Shown piece by piece: positions 48,933-58,727 of a stretch of 64,000 nt of DNA; the first letter of the stretch is position 1, and each line of letters starts with the position of its first letter. Location: contig OZ220744.1 of NCBI GenBank assembly GCA_965116925.1, forward strand, positions 4,288,001 through 4,352,000, given 5' to 3'. A program made the position numbers and the translations under genes. The DNA comes from Candidatus Poribacteria bacterium (GTDB lineage: Bacteria; Poribacteria; WGA-4E; PCPOR2b). Below the pieces are notes generated by a model. The model was not told the origin of the DNA, did not search any database, and was given only the letters and a program-made list of their open reading frames with translations.

Positions 48933-49217
48933 ACGGATAGGGTGGCACTGCATTTAAAGAAAAGAACGTTTGGAGACCACAGAATCGGATATATTGACAT
49001 GGCTCATGTAACAAGAAAATGCAAAACGGATGAGCGTGAAACGTGATGCGTGAAACGTGAAAACCATCAAAAAGAAAGTACAAAATGCTAGGAGCCCCCG
49101 AGTTTGTCCGAAAAAACTCGGGATCTGTTGCACCATTTCTTAACATGAGCGATTGACATAACCGTGAATAATCTTTTGGGAATATTATTTTTTTCACGAT
49201 CCATGGAGAGTTCAACA

Positions 49218-50288
49218 ATGACAAGGCACTTTGATTTTATTTGGCTGTTTGCGCTGCTTCTACTCCTTCCAACTGATGGATACGCTCCTTGTGTTGTGTT
49301 TGCGCCACCGGAGGAGGAATTAAACGGTACCGGGCAACGTGCGTTCATCGCTTATAATCCGCAAACACAACAGGTCAATCTCGTTCCTAGTATCAACATC
49401 AGCGGTGAAGTAACAGAGTTTGCTGTCGTCATCCCGACACCATCCATCCCTAAACTTGACACAGTAGATCGGCGGATCTTTAGGGAGTTGAATGACCTTA
49501 CAATGCCAGTAACCCGATGGCGCGGGGGCGGCGGAAGTTCGGGGTGTAACGTTTTCACAACAGAGGACAGTGACGGCATCGCTGTATTTGATAGTGCTAG
49601 CGAAGAGGAGGGGGTTACTGTCATCTCTGAGCAAGAGGTGGGGGCTTTTGATACCGCTATTCTCACCGCCGATAATCCGATGGCACTAACCGATTGGCTT
49701 GACGAACACGGCTATCGTCATTCCATTGACGACAATTTAATACTACAGGGCTACATCGATCAGAAATGGGTATTCACCGCTATGCGATTGCGCGTGGAGT
49801 TTACGGATGGTGCGCGTCGGTCAGCCCGCTTTTTCGACCAGCCCATTGATCCAATCTTATTGACATATAGGGCGGAGCGGTTAATCTACCCGTTGCGCCT
49901 AACCTCGATTAGTGCGCGGGAGGGCGCGGATGTTACCGTATACATTCTTACCCCGAATAAAATGGACTTTCCGAGCGCGAAAGTTGAGTACGCCAACTGG
50001 ATTACCGACAGTGAGCGCGATGCGATTCGTCTACGTCATCCAACACTCGGCAGCTTTATCGGAGAGTCACGTTATTTAACTCGTTTGCGTCGTATCTTTG
50101 CCCGAACCGAGATGGATATAGATTTTGAGTTAGTTCGTCACCAGGACAACCAAGAATTTCGCCGCGTCCGGTATATGGGGATTACTTTTCTTCCCGACCT
50201 CCTGCTCGTCGGTTTGATGGCAGCTGGCTACTCTGCATGGAGAAGGATACGATCGTTGAGACGTTGGTCGCAAACCGGAAAAGACTGA
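49218..50288 (+). CDS. DUF2330-like exported protein with C-terminal membrane anchor
   Basis: Signal peptide then PC; FA.VIPTPS.P, VGAFD..IL, L..WL...GY, F.AMRL, YPLRLT. Confidence 0.75.
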   Translation: MTRHFDFIWLFALLLLLPTDGYAPCVVFAPPEEELNGTGQRAFIAYNPQTQQVNLVPSINISGEVTEFAVVIPTPSIPKLDTVDRRIFRELNDLTMPVTRWRGGGGSSGCNVFTTEDSDGIAVFDSASEEEGVTVISEQEVGAFDTAILTADNPMALTDWLDEHGYRHSIDDNLILQGYIDQKWVFTAMRLRVEFTDGARRSARFFDQPIDPILLTYRAERLIYPLRLTSISAREGADVTVYILTPNKMDFPSAKVEYANWITDSERDAIRLRHPTLGSFIGESRYLTRLRRIFARTEMDIDFELVRHQDNQEFRRVRYMGITFLPDLLLVGLMAAGYSAWRRIRSLRRWSQTGKD

Positions 50289-50307
50289 ATCAAAGGAGAT
50301 CGATTGA

Positions 50308-50940
50308 ATGAATTCCCAACGTCATAGATTGATTATACTTTTTGGTCTTATATGTATGGCTCTCATTTTTCCATCTGTTTCGTCTGCTAGATTCCAAGAG
50401 GGCTTCGGACTGTATGGAGGATTCCATAGCCCATCAGAGGCTAGCACTGATGGCATTTACGGAAGTGGACCAATGTTCGGGGCGCAGTATAAACTCGCAG
50501 TTTCAACTCACACGGGGTTAGCATCATCAATTGGTGTTCTACAGAAGCAGGGCGATCCCTACAATGATAACACCTTCATCGGTACGGATCCATCATCTAG
50601 TGTAACGTTTGTGCCTGCTGAAATCAGTTACATTATCAATCTCATATCAAATCTACCCGAAACGGAGCGGCGGATTCACAGTTTATACATTGGCGTCGGT
50701 GTCAATCATATTTGGACCCGTGAACGGGCACCCGGATCGCCCCTTGCCAAAGGTAATGCCTTTGGCAATCAGCTTTTGGCTGGCACGACTTTCTCGATAT
50801 CGAAGGATTTTGTTTTGGGCTTAGAGTTCAAATATCTGAGAAATCGACCGCTCATGAAACTGGATTCGGGCCGCACCTATCGTGTACAGCTCGATGGCAC
50901 ACAGGCTCAAATGACGTTTATGTGGCATTTCGGGAATTAA
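50308..50940 (+). CDS. Small outer-membrane beta-barrel protein
   Basis: Signal peptide; alternating beta strands, YIGVG, LEFKY; aromatic C-terminus. Confidence 0.65.
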   Translation: MNSQRHRLIILFGLICMALIFPSVSSARFQEGFGLYGGFHSPSEASTDGIYGSGPMFGAQYKLAVSTHTGLASSIGVLQKQGDPYNDNTFIGTDPSSSVTFVPAEISYIINLISNLPETERRIHSLYIGVGVNHIWTRERAPGSPLAKGNAFGNQLLAGTTFSISKDFVLGLEFKYLRNRPLMKLDSGRTYRVQLDGTQAQMTFMWHFGN

Positions 50941-51094
50941 TGTGACTTGGGGGATAAAACTACTGCTTAACTGATAGCGGATAAGCACTTAACCCCCCTA
51001 CCCTCTTATCAGGGGGGAATTAGCGGTCTTGTTAATGTCACATTTACTGGTAAGTGTCTACTTATTTCTGGACTTCACCATAAGAAGGAGTGTT

Positions 51095-52534
51095 ATGCCT
51101 AAAATCATCGTTGCCAATTATTTCCAAGAAACCAATTCGTTCCATCCGAATCCCACTACGTATGAGGATTTTAGCGTCCACCTGGGCCAGGATTTATTTA
51201 ACGCTGGTCGTGAGGATATCAACGGTGCGCTGAATATTTTTTCTCAACGGTCCGACTTGGAGGTTGTGCCCACTTATGGGGCGAGCATGGGCGCGGGTGG
51301 CACAATCACTCACGAATGTTTTGAGCGAATCACCGGAGAATGCTTGGAAGCGATTGAGAAAAACAGTGCTGGGGCAGACGCGCTGTTTTTCGCTATGCAC
51401 GGGGCAATGGCTGCCGAGGTAGAGAAGGATCCAGAAGGCTACATCCTTCAAGAAACCCGTAAGATTTTGGGGCCGGATGTCCCCATTGTTATCTCTCTGG
51501 ATATGCACGGCACTGTCACCCGGCGTATGTTGGAGATTATGGACGGAGCCGCCATTCTGCATACCTACCCGCACATTGACTGGTATCAGTTGGGCGAACG
51601 GACTGCCACAATGCTACTGAGTATCCTTGATGGCGCGAAGCCAATTATCGGCAGCGTGTACACGCCCACCATGGTGCGTGGAGACGAGCTCAAGACCGCG
51701 ACCGGTGTGCACGGCACGTTCATCAGGCATCTTGAACGGCTTGAAGAACGGGATGATGTCTTAGCAGCGGGGATTATGTTGGGTCATCCACCTACAGACT
51801 GTCCGGAGCAGGGATCTCGAATCATCGTTGTCACCGACAGTAACAGGGAATTGGCTGAGCGGGAAGCGATGCGAATCGGTCAGAACTTCTGGGACATGCG
51901 TGAACGGATGCAGTGCGTTCTGTACAGTGTGGAGGAGGCGATTGAAAACGCAAAGAAAGCGGACGGCGCGGTTGTTTTTTCAGATGCTGCCGACGCCACC
52001 AGCTCTGGCGCGCCGGGTACTAGCAATGCGATTTTAAGAGGATTTTTAGAGAGCGACTACGTAGGACGGGTTCTTTTTCCTATCCGAGATGAGCCGGCGA
52101 TTGAGAACGCGATGGAAGCGGGTTTAGGCAGCACTATCACCGTACCACTCGGCGGCACGAAAGACCCCCGTTTTACCCCGATAGATGTAGAGGTGACAGT
52201 GGAAGCCCTCGCGATAAGAGACAATGTGCCGATAGCTGTTCTCAGGGCTAGCAACATCACTATCGTCGCCGCTACCCAAGGCGGTATACTATGCGATCGG
52301 TGGCTGTATCCCGCTGTTGGCCAAGACCCAAAAACGTTTGACGTCATTATTCAGAAGTTGCCGCATACACCCTATGAATTTTATGACGAGTGGGCTGTCC
52401 GAAATATGACTATTGATGTCCCGGGCGCAGCAAGTCCCAACATTAAGACGCTAGGTCACAAGCTGGTCCGGCGACCGATTTACCCGCTCGATGAAGACAT
52501 GTCCTACACCCCGCAAGTTGAGATATTTGAGTAG
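51095..52534 (+). CDS. M81-family metallopeptidase (MlrC-like)
   Basis: QETNSF, MHGAM, DPEG, LDMH, TYPHID, DA.D...GA.G, RRPIYPLD; AAGGAG RBS. Confidence 0.92.
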   Translation: MPKIIVANYFQETNSFHPNPTTYEDFSVHLGQDLFNAGREDINGALNIFSQRSDLEVVPTYGASMGAGGTITHECFERITGECLEAIEKNSAGADALFFAMHGAMAAEVEKDPEGYILQETRKILGPDVPIVISLDMHGTVTRRMLEIMDGAAILHTYPHIDWYQLGERTATMLLSILDGAKPIIGSVYTPTMVRGDELKTATGVHGTFIRHLERLEERDDVLAAGIMLGHPPTDCPEQGSRIIVVTDSNRELAEREAMRIGQNFWDMRERMQCVLYSVEEAIENAKKADGAVVFSDAADATSSGAPGTSNAILRGFLESDYVGRVLFPIRDEPAIENAMEAGLGSTITVPLGGTKDPRFTPIDVEVTVEALAIRDNVPIAVLRASNITIVAATQGGILCDRWLYPAVGQDPKTFDVIIQKLPHTPYEFYDEWAVRNMTIDVPGAASPNIKTLGHKLVRRPIYPLDEDMSYTPQVEIFE

Positions 52535-52591
52535 TGGATCGCGGCAAAGATAGGTTTGAATTAATTTTCTTGTCATTTTGTCATTAGGTCA

Positions 52592-52600
52592 TGATATAAT
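52592..52600 (+). promoter_or_regulatory. Extended -10 promoter
   Basis: TGaTATAAT, preceded by three GTCAT repeats. Confidence 0.5.
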
Positions 52601-52654
52601 TTTGCTCAGTTTTAGTATGCCTCGGATTATTTTTAACAGGGGAGGGCTCCATAA

Positions 52655-54316
52655 ATGGTAGACGATAGCAGAGAAGAACACCGAATGATCATTTTTGGCA
52701 ATGACAGTGACCCCGTCCAAGAGCACCTAATTCGAGAAGACGGTGCAGACAGAGGATTTTCTACGCAAAACGGGATTTTAGAGCGGAAAATTCATGCCGA
52801 ATCCTATACAGTCACTCTGTATGCGTTACTGAAAGATTACGGTCTAATCCCTGTTTTTCGGATTAAGCCGAGGATACGATTCCGCCGATTTAACTACGAT
52901 AACCAAGCTTCGAGCGCGCCGCTCCGTTACAACTTAAATGACATTGTTGATTTTGCCGAAGTCAAACGTGGTATTGAATCGGGCGAACCTGTAGATAGTG
53001 CGCTTCAGGAGCAGGTCTTCGGAGATGCTCCCACCCTTGAAGATTTGTCTGATGATCCTGCGCTAAAGCTGGTTTCTCAGCGCGATCTGTTTTTACGCAA
53101 TCCGCCTTTTAAGACCAAGACCAAGGTCTTCGGCGGCGAGGAGGGTGATGCACACGGGATTCCAATCGGAAAATTCCTTGATGCTCTCAACCATCCCGCA
53201 CAAACTCAATCTATTTTCAAACCCTTTCCTCAAGGTTCATCGTTTGCCACGGATCTCTTGGAAGCCTTAGAACCTTTTCATCACTTGGAATTTCAGTTTG
53301 GTGTTTATTCACGCTATGAAAGACGAGACTGTGTGCTAGCAGGTGATATCTCTAAAGCCGCGGGCGGATACCGTACCACTTTTGATCCGTGGACAGTATT
53401 GGGGTATATCCACTCTGATGGTCAGATGCAGCAGCTCCAGATACTTGCCCATGAAAGAGGCACACGGTGGGAACATAAAATTATGATTGAGGATATGGAC
53501 GCGCCTACACTTGAACTGATTTCTCAAGAGATACGCACGTTACGACAGGATAATCTTATTGGTCGGGTTTTGTCCAAAAGTCAGACAGGCTTATCGCTCC
53601 TAGCAAACACACAAGAAACACGGGTCAATGCAACGAATGATCTGTTTGTAGATTATGAGTTGAAAGTGGAAACGTCCATTCCGAACAACCGGTATGCAGA
53701 CATTGAATGCCGAAGAAGATTACGCCGTGTTTTTAACTCAAATGGTCAATACCAGCTTCATCCTCTTAATAAGGATATTGTTGAAAGACATCTTAACCTT
53801 GCAAAAGGTGTCAACAGTGGTGTGGTATATACTCTGGATAATGTCTATCTGATGCAGGGACCGGCTCCGCAAAAGGTCCAAGAGGCGGATTTGCTCATCA
53901 CAAGAACCCCGATTCGCGAAAGAGTCGTTATGCGGTCGGCACGGGACCTGAGGGAACGGATGCCAACAAATGGATTTGAGAAATGCTGGAATGAGTCTAT
54001 TGATGAGGCAGGATATACGATTGTCAACAAGGCAAGTGGCAGATGCTATACCGTCAGTTACGGTAGAAGGAAAACTGGAAATATCCTTGATGGTACAGTG
54101 CAAACACAACCCTTGGAACATTACCTCTCAGTCAAATATCTAGGAATCGTTCCTGACCGTTACGGAGATTTTATCTCTAAGACTTCCGCAGGCACCACGA
54201 GGAAGCGGGATATTCCACCGCGGGTGCTGTTTGGAATGATGTCCACAAGGGAAAACAGAGTTATTCAAGAGATGAAAAGTCTGGTGGTGCATCTAAAAAA
54301 TAACGGATTGGTCTGA
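52655..54316 (+). CDS. VTC/CYTH-like triphosphate tunnel metalloenzyme with a second, degenerate CYTH-like domain
   Basis: REEHR, TLY, KPRIRFR, FAEVK, YERR, RTTFD, WEHK, SK in VTC order; second half begins YELKVE; GGGAGG RBS. Confidence 0.6.
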   Translation: MVDDSREEHRMIIFGNDSDPVQEHLIREDGADRGFSTQNGILERKIHAESYTVTLYALLKDYGLIPVFRIKPRIRFRRFNYDNQASSAPLRYNLNDIVDFAEVKRGIESGEPVDSALQEQVFGDAPTLEDLSDDPALKLVSQRDLFLRNPPFKTKTKVFGGEEGDAHGIPIGKFLDALNHPAQTQSIFKPFPQGSSFATDLLEALEPFHHLEFQFGVYSRYERRDCVLAGDISKAAGGYRTTFDPWTVLGYIHSDGQMQQLQILAHERGTRWEHKIMIEDMDAPTLELISQEIRTLRQDNLIGRVLSKSQTGLSLLANTQETRVNATNDLFVDYELKVETSIPNNRYADIECRRRLRRVFNSNGQYQLHPLNKDIVERHLNLAKGVNSGVVYTLDNVYLMQGPAPQKVQEADLLITRTPIRERVVMRSARDLRERMPTNGFEKCWNESIDEAGYTIVNKASGRCYTVSYGRRKTGNILDGTVQTQPLEHYLSVKYLGIVPDRYGDFISKTSAGTTRKRDIPPRVLFGMMSTRENRVIQEMKSLVVHLKNNGLV

Positions 54317-54364
54317 GATGATTCTAATCCTCCCTTGAGGGTTTAAGTCATTGCACACATAGGA

Positions 54365-55504
54365 GTGGGCAAACCGATGATTGAGATTCGCGGGACAGGT
54401 CACATCTACCGTAACCCGAAGCCGCATCTTCGCGCTCGACATGCGTGGCACCCAACTTTGGTGGTCATTGACGAAAACGAACTCATTGCCGCGTTTGACA
54501 TCGGTGAGGCGGTTGAGAGTTTGGATTACCGGACCTATATCAGTCGCAGCGATGACGGTGGACAAACTTGGGACGCACCGGTGCCGATGCTCCCCGATAA
54601 TCTAATCCAGTATCCGACGCGGCGCACCACACACATCGGGCGACCGAGACGGATGTCGGACGGCGAACTGGTCGCATTCGTCGCTCGTTTTTACCGCGAT
54701 GATCCCGAACAAGGCATCTGGAATCCGGACACGACAGGCTTAGTTGAGATGGATTTGATGGTAGCGCGGAGCACGGATGACGGTTTGACTTGGGGACAAC
54801 CCCAGCACATCTCACCGCCTCTGGTGGGGCAACCCTTTGAGGTCTGTCATACGATTGTCGAGTTAGCGGACGATCGATGGTTGGCTCCGGTGTCATGCCT
54901 GCGATGTTGGGACGGCGCAGCTCCCAACGGTCTGAAGGTTATCGGGTTGGTTTCCGCCGATCAGGGGGTGACTTGGCCCACATACGTTGACATCCTCGAC
55001 GACTTTGCCAACGGGGTTGTCCATTTTGAGCAGTCAGTTGTACAGTTGGCAGATGAACGACTGCTCGCTGTTGGCTGGGGGTTCGATGAACGCATCGGCA
55101 AGACAAAGGCGGTCAACTACGCGGTCAGTCAGGATGGCAAGACGTTTTCGACTCCACCACGTCCGACGGGCTTGAATGGGGAGACTAGTAAGCTCTTAGC
55201 ACTGCCGGATGGGCGTGTCGTTTGTGTTTATCGTGGCATTGACCCGCCGGGGCTGTGTGGTACTATCGCGCATCTTGACGGAGAGGAATGGAGACACGAC
55301 GAACCACAGGTTCTATGGCAGGGTGATAGGCTCACAAGAATGTTCGGGGAAGCAACCGCTACAGAGGAACTGCGCTCGTTAAAGCTCGGTTGTCCTAACC
55401 TTGCCCTGCTGCCCGATGGCGATGTGCTGGTCGCGTTTTGGTGCCACGAGGATGAGGTCTACAACATCCGCTGGGTACGGCTTGTGGTCGGGGGCTTTCT
55501 TTAG
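54365..55504 (+). CDS. Sialidase-like BNR/Asp-box propeller protein
   Basis: SDDGGQTW, STDDGLTW, SADQGVTW, SQDGKTF. Confidence 0.8.
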   Translation: MGKPMIEIRGTGHIYRNPKPHLRARHAWHPTLVVIDENELIAAFDIGEAVESLDYRTYISRSDDGGQTWDAPVPMLPDNLIQYPTRRTTHIGRPRRMSDGELVAFVARFYRDDPEQGIWNPDTTGLVEMDLMVARSTDDGLTWGQPQHISPPLVGQPFEVCHTIVELADDRWLAPVSCLRCWDGAAPNGLKVIGLVSADQGVTWPTYVDILDDFANGVVHFEQSVVQLADERLLAVGWGFDERIGKTKAVNYAVSQDGKTFSTPPRPTGLNGETSKLLALPDGRVVCVYRGIDPPGLCGTIAHLDGEEWRHDEPQVLWQGDRLTRMFGEATATEELRSLKLGCPNLALLPDGDVLVAFWCHEDEVYNIRWVRLVVGGFL

Positions 55505-55818
55505 TGCCAATTAGGGAGACTTTCACCATATAGCGAATTAGTAATATTGACCGGCTTCGCCCCGTCTTTGTTTATCACAAAGATGTCTGTATTTCCGTCC
55601 AAGTATCTCTCATAGGCTATCCGCTGCCTATCAGGCGACCACGTGGGGCGACGACTATCTCCTTGAAATAGGGTGAGGTTGTTCTGGTTCGAGTTGTCGG
55701 TGTTCATGACGGAGATATCCCACTCCCCTTCACGGTGCGACATACAGGCGATTTGCTTGCTATCGGGCGACCAGTCCGGGTATTCCTCGTCGGACAGATA
55801 ATCAATCAAACGCTTCAA
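55501..55818 (-). pseudogene. TolB/PD40-repeat fragment
   Basis: PDWSPD, PTWSPD, PNW; fewer than three blades, no signal peptide, weak TTG start. Confidence 0.55.
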
Positions 55819-55827
55819 GAGAAGGAA

Positions 55828-56169
55828 TTAAGCAAGATAGTCGAGGCTTCGGAACTCGTCATGGAGTGATCGCGCCAATTCTTGGAGAGCATCCGCCTGC
55901 ATATCAGAAGTTTTGGCGAATTCATTCATTCCGGCGTTGATAAAATCGTGTCCGACTAAAACTTGTTTATATCCCCATTCAACCATTGCACGTCCCTTAT
56001 TATAGGTTGCATGTGCATGGTTTGGGTTTAAGCGGAGTGCCGCGTTGAAATCGGCAATACCTTCTTCATAATCTTGGTTACGGCATTTGTCAATGCCATT
56101 GTTGGTAATGAGATCTGCATCTGTTCTCGGAATATCAATTTCCCTATAGTCAGGTAGTTGGTAATTCAT
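55828..56169 (-). CDS. Small TPR-repeat protein
   Basis: G..ADFNAALRLNPNHAHATYNKG; GGGAG RBS. Confidence 0.75.
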   Translation of the reverse strand: MNYQLPDYREIDIPRTDADLITNNGIDKCRNQDYEEGIADFNAALRLNPNHAHATYNKGRAMVEWGYKQVLVGHDFINAGMNEFAKTSDMQADALQELARSLHDEFRSLDYLA

Positions 56170-56224
56170 ATCATTCTCCCTTTGGGGGAAGTGGGTGTCC
56201 AGTCTCCACTAGACCCCCGGTTGT

Positions 56225-56572
56225 TCAGGTTAGCTTTTGAAAGGGTTTCCCATAATCATTTTCTCCATCTGTGCCTTTTATAAGCCCACACATGATGAAA
56301 ATATAGAAAGTTCCTATTATCGGTATTAAGCCTGCCAAACAATACCAACCAGATCGATTAGTATCGTGCAGACGTTTTACGACAACAGTAATATCTATGA
56401 AGAGTAAGATAAGGAACGAACAGAATGCTATAATTGGACCACCTGGCTTGCCTGCATTTTCATTTATTAGAAAAATACAGAATATGACTATAGCACTAAC
56501 AATGGTACAACCCCAAAACAAAGTTCTGTTAATCCTCCCCTTAAAGGAAAAACAGAATTGTGCAAACGTCAT
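56225..56572 (-). CDS. DUF805 membrane protein
   Basis: FSFKGRINR..FW, VKRLHDTNRSGW, LIPIIG, GT.GEN.YG. Confidence 0.92.
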   Translation of the reverse strand: MTFAQFCFSFKGRINRTLFWGCTIVSAIVIFCIFLINENAGKPGGPIIAFCSFLILLFIDITVVVKRLHDTNRSGWYCLAGLIPIIGTFYIFIMCGLIKGTDGENDYGKPFQKLT

Positions 56573-56633
56573 GACAAAATTTCCTTTTCATAAAAAGTTT
56601 AATGGCACACCAGACTATACTGGCTGCGATAGG

Positions 56634-57092
56634 TTATCGCACATTTAGGCTGTCAGGAAGATGCCCTTTAACTTCTCCCGATTTATCAGCGACAGTTATT
56701 ATTCCCATTCCTTCATACATACTCATGAGGACTCCACCTTTCCCTGGACCGCCAGAGAGCAATATATTTCCTCCGTATTCATTGACAACCAAATCAACTT
56801 TACCGTTTCGTTTTTGATCAACGAGGTATAAGGCTGGCTTTTTTTTCTCTGTAGTCAATGAAGCGATGAAGTTCTCCGTTTTGTCCATGATAGCTAAGGT
56901 GCCCCCCTCTTGGTTGGCAGTTAAAAGAATGCGAGGCTCTCCCGTCTCATCAACTACCGCCAACGAGGTGCATACAATATCCGTTCCCTTTTGTGCTGTA
57001 ACGGGTGGGGCAATGGTACTGCCAAACAACATACCTACAAGGGCGAGCAATGCCCCAAACAGCGTGTATACCAACTTCTGTCTAAAATTCAT
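56634..57092 (-). CDS. Exported/membrane-anchored hypothetical protein with beta-hairpin repeats
   Basis: N-terminal hydrophobic helix; repeated G.L.I.D..G units; AAGGAG RBS. Confidence 0.7.
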   Translation of the reverse strand: MNFRQKLVYTLFGALLALVGMLFGSTIAPPVTAQKGTDIVCTSLAVVDETGEPRILLTANQEGGTLAIMDKTENFIASLTTEKKKPALYLVDQKRNGKVDLVVNEYGGNILLSGGPGKGGVLMSMYEGMGIITVADKSGEVKGHLPDSLNVR

Positions 57093-57305
57093 CTATATTC
57101 TCCTTTACATTGCTCAAATGTTCTATTGAGCGTCTTTGGCTTCGACAAGCGCATGCTTGTGTGCAATCGCTGGATACGCATTGTGGTCAGTTGAAGTTGA
57201 GATGGTGACTGCCATTAAATGAGTGAAAAATCTGTATGAATACAGAATGCCTGTCCCCGAATACCAGCCATTAGGAGCAAAATACTGGAATCCCGAACGG
57301 TATGG

Positions 57306-58385
57306 TCATGAATAGGATCGCCCACCGGCATATATGCCATCGACAATAGCCTGATCCGTCCACATCTCCTTCGGTGTGATGAGCGGTGACGTTTTGCCGA
57401 GTGCACAATCGATAAAATGTAGTGCTTCGGTGCGGGTTCGCACCCTCGGGTTATCTTGGAATGTTTCAGCGATGCCGGGGGCTACGTCCTCCGTCACATC
57501 TACGTAATCGCCGTCCTGCCACGTCAATAACCGAAACGGCGACAATGAAGCGAAACCCTCCGTTCCCCACACATCAACACCGCTATCCCTCGCTTTCGGG
57601 GGTGCCAACCACATACTCTCAACCGACAACGTAATATCATCGGCAAAGGTCACATAGCCGCTCACCAAATCCTCAACATCGTAGGTGTCTCGGACTGCTT
57701 CCAGATCGGGGGGCAACGTGGAGAGATCTCCAAAACGTGCGCTCGCCCGGCCTTCTACGGAGAGGAGAGTGGGGCAACCGAGGAACCAAACCCCTAGATC
57801 CAGTGTATGCACACCGGTGCTGGCGAGTGAGCCACCTCCGGACCGGGACTTGATGTAATGTGGTCCCCAAACCGGGACGCTTTCCGCGTGTATCCACGTG
57901 CGTGCGAAGCGAGGTGTTCCCAATCCGCCGCTACGGATGAAGTTGTGTGCCGCCTGTGCATCTTTACGGAAGCGAAAATTGTAACCGACCATCAGCATTC
58001 GGTCTGCCCGCTCCGCCGCTTGAAGCATCGCTTCTGCGTTGGTGAGTGAGGGTGCCATCGGCTTGGCTGCTAGCACATGGGCACCGCTGTTGAGTGCGGC
58101 AATGGTCACAGTCGGCCGGACATCCGCCATTGTGCCAACCATGACGACATCAAGAGATTCTTGATCGAACATCTCTTGATAATCCGTGTAAGTTGCTGCA
58201 CGTGGTCGCTGTGGGTGTGCGTCAAACAGCTCGCGGGCGACTGTTTCGGCGCGTTCTTCATCGACATCGCACACTGCAATCAGATTGGCGTCTGGGTGAT
58301 TGACTACGTTGTCTGAGTATGCGTGGCGGCCGAAGGAGCCGCAGCCGACGACACCGACGCGCAATGGACGAGAGATGTTATTCAT
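57306..58385 (-). CDS. Gfo/Idh/MocA oxidoreductase
   Basis: VGVVGCG, AKPMA, VGYNFRF, GGGSL...GVHTLD. Confidence 0.9.
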   Translation of the reverse strand: MNNISRPLRVGVVGCGSFGRHAYSDNVVNHPDANLIAVCDVDEERAETVARELFDAHPQRPRAATYTDYQEMFDQESLDVVMVGTMADVRPTVTIAALNSGAHVLAAKPMAPSLTNAEAMLQAAERADRMLMVGYNFRFRKDAQAAHNFIRSGGLGTPRFARTWIHAESVPVWGPHYIKSRSGGGSLASTGVHTLDLGVWFLGCPTLLSVEGRASARFGDLSTLPPDLEAVRDTYDVEDLVSGYVTFADDITLSVESMWLAPPKARDSGVDVWGTEGFASLSPFRLLTWQDGDYVDVTEDVAPGIAETFQDNPRVRTRTEALHFIDCALGKTSPLITPKEMWTDQAIVDGIYAGGRSYS

Positions 58386-58496
58386 GTTGCCTCCTCAGAA
58401 TTTAGGATATAGTATTACAATCAAGATCGGCAATAACCTCTGGTGCTAGTTTAATGAGAAAATTTTTCCACATTGTTCAAGAGTTCATTGGTTTAT

Positions 58497-58618
58497 TATG
58501 GTAGATTTCAGAATTAATCAGACACTGTGAACAAGCAAGATCAATAACCTTGTTCGTAGAGTTACGGCACACGGAGTGTGCCTACTACTTTTTGTGTCTA
58601 TTTATTTTTAGGATACAC
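58497..58618. mobile_element. MITE shell with alternative REP cargo
   Basis: tatggtagatttcagaattaatcagacac...acggcacacggagtgtgcctactac...gtgtctatttatttttaggatacac. Confidence 0.7.
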
Positions 58619-58727
58619 ATGTCGCCCCGCTGGGGTTTTCGGTTACTTGTTTACCCGTGTACGATAGACATGTCGCCCCTCTGGGGCTAAATGAACTGCT
58701 AAACCAATGCAAACTACCACCATTGAT

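Noticed and set aside
57123..57215. 30-aa minus-strand ORF MAVTISTSTDHNAY...
   Set aside because: No clear RBS or motif; cannot be supported.
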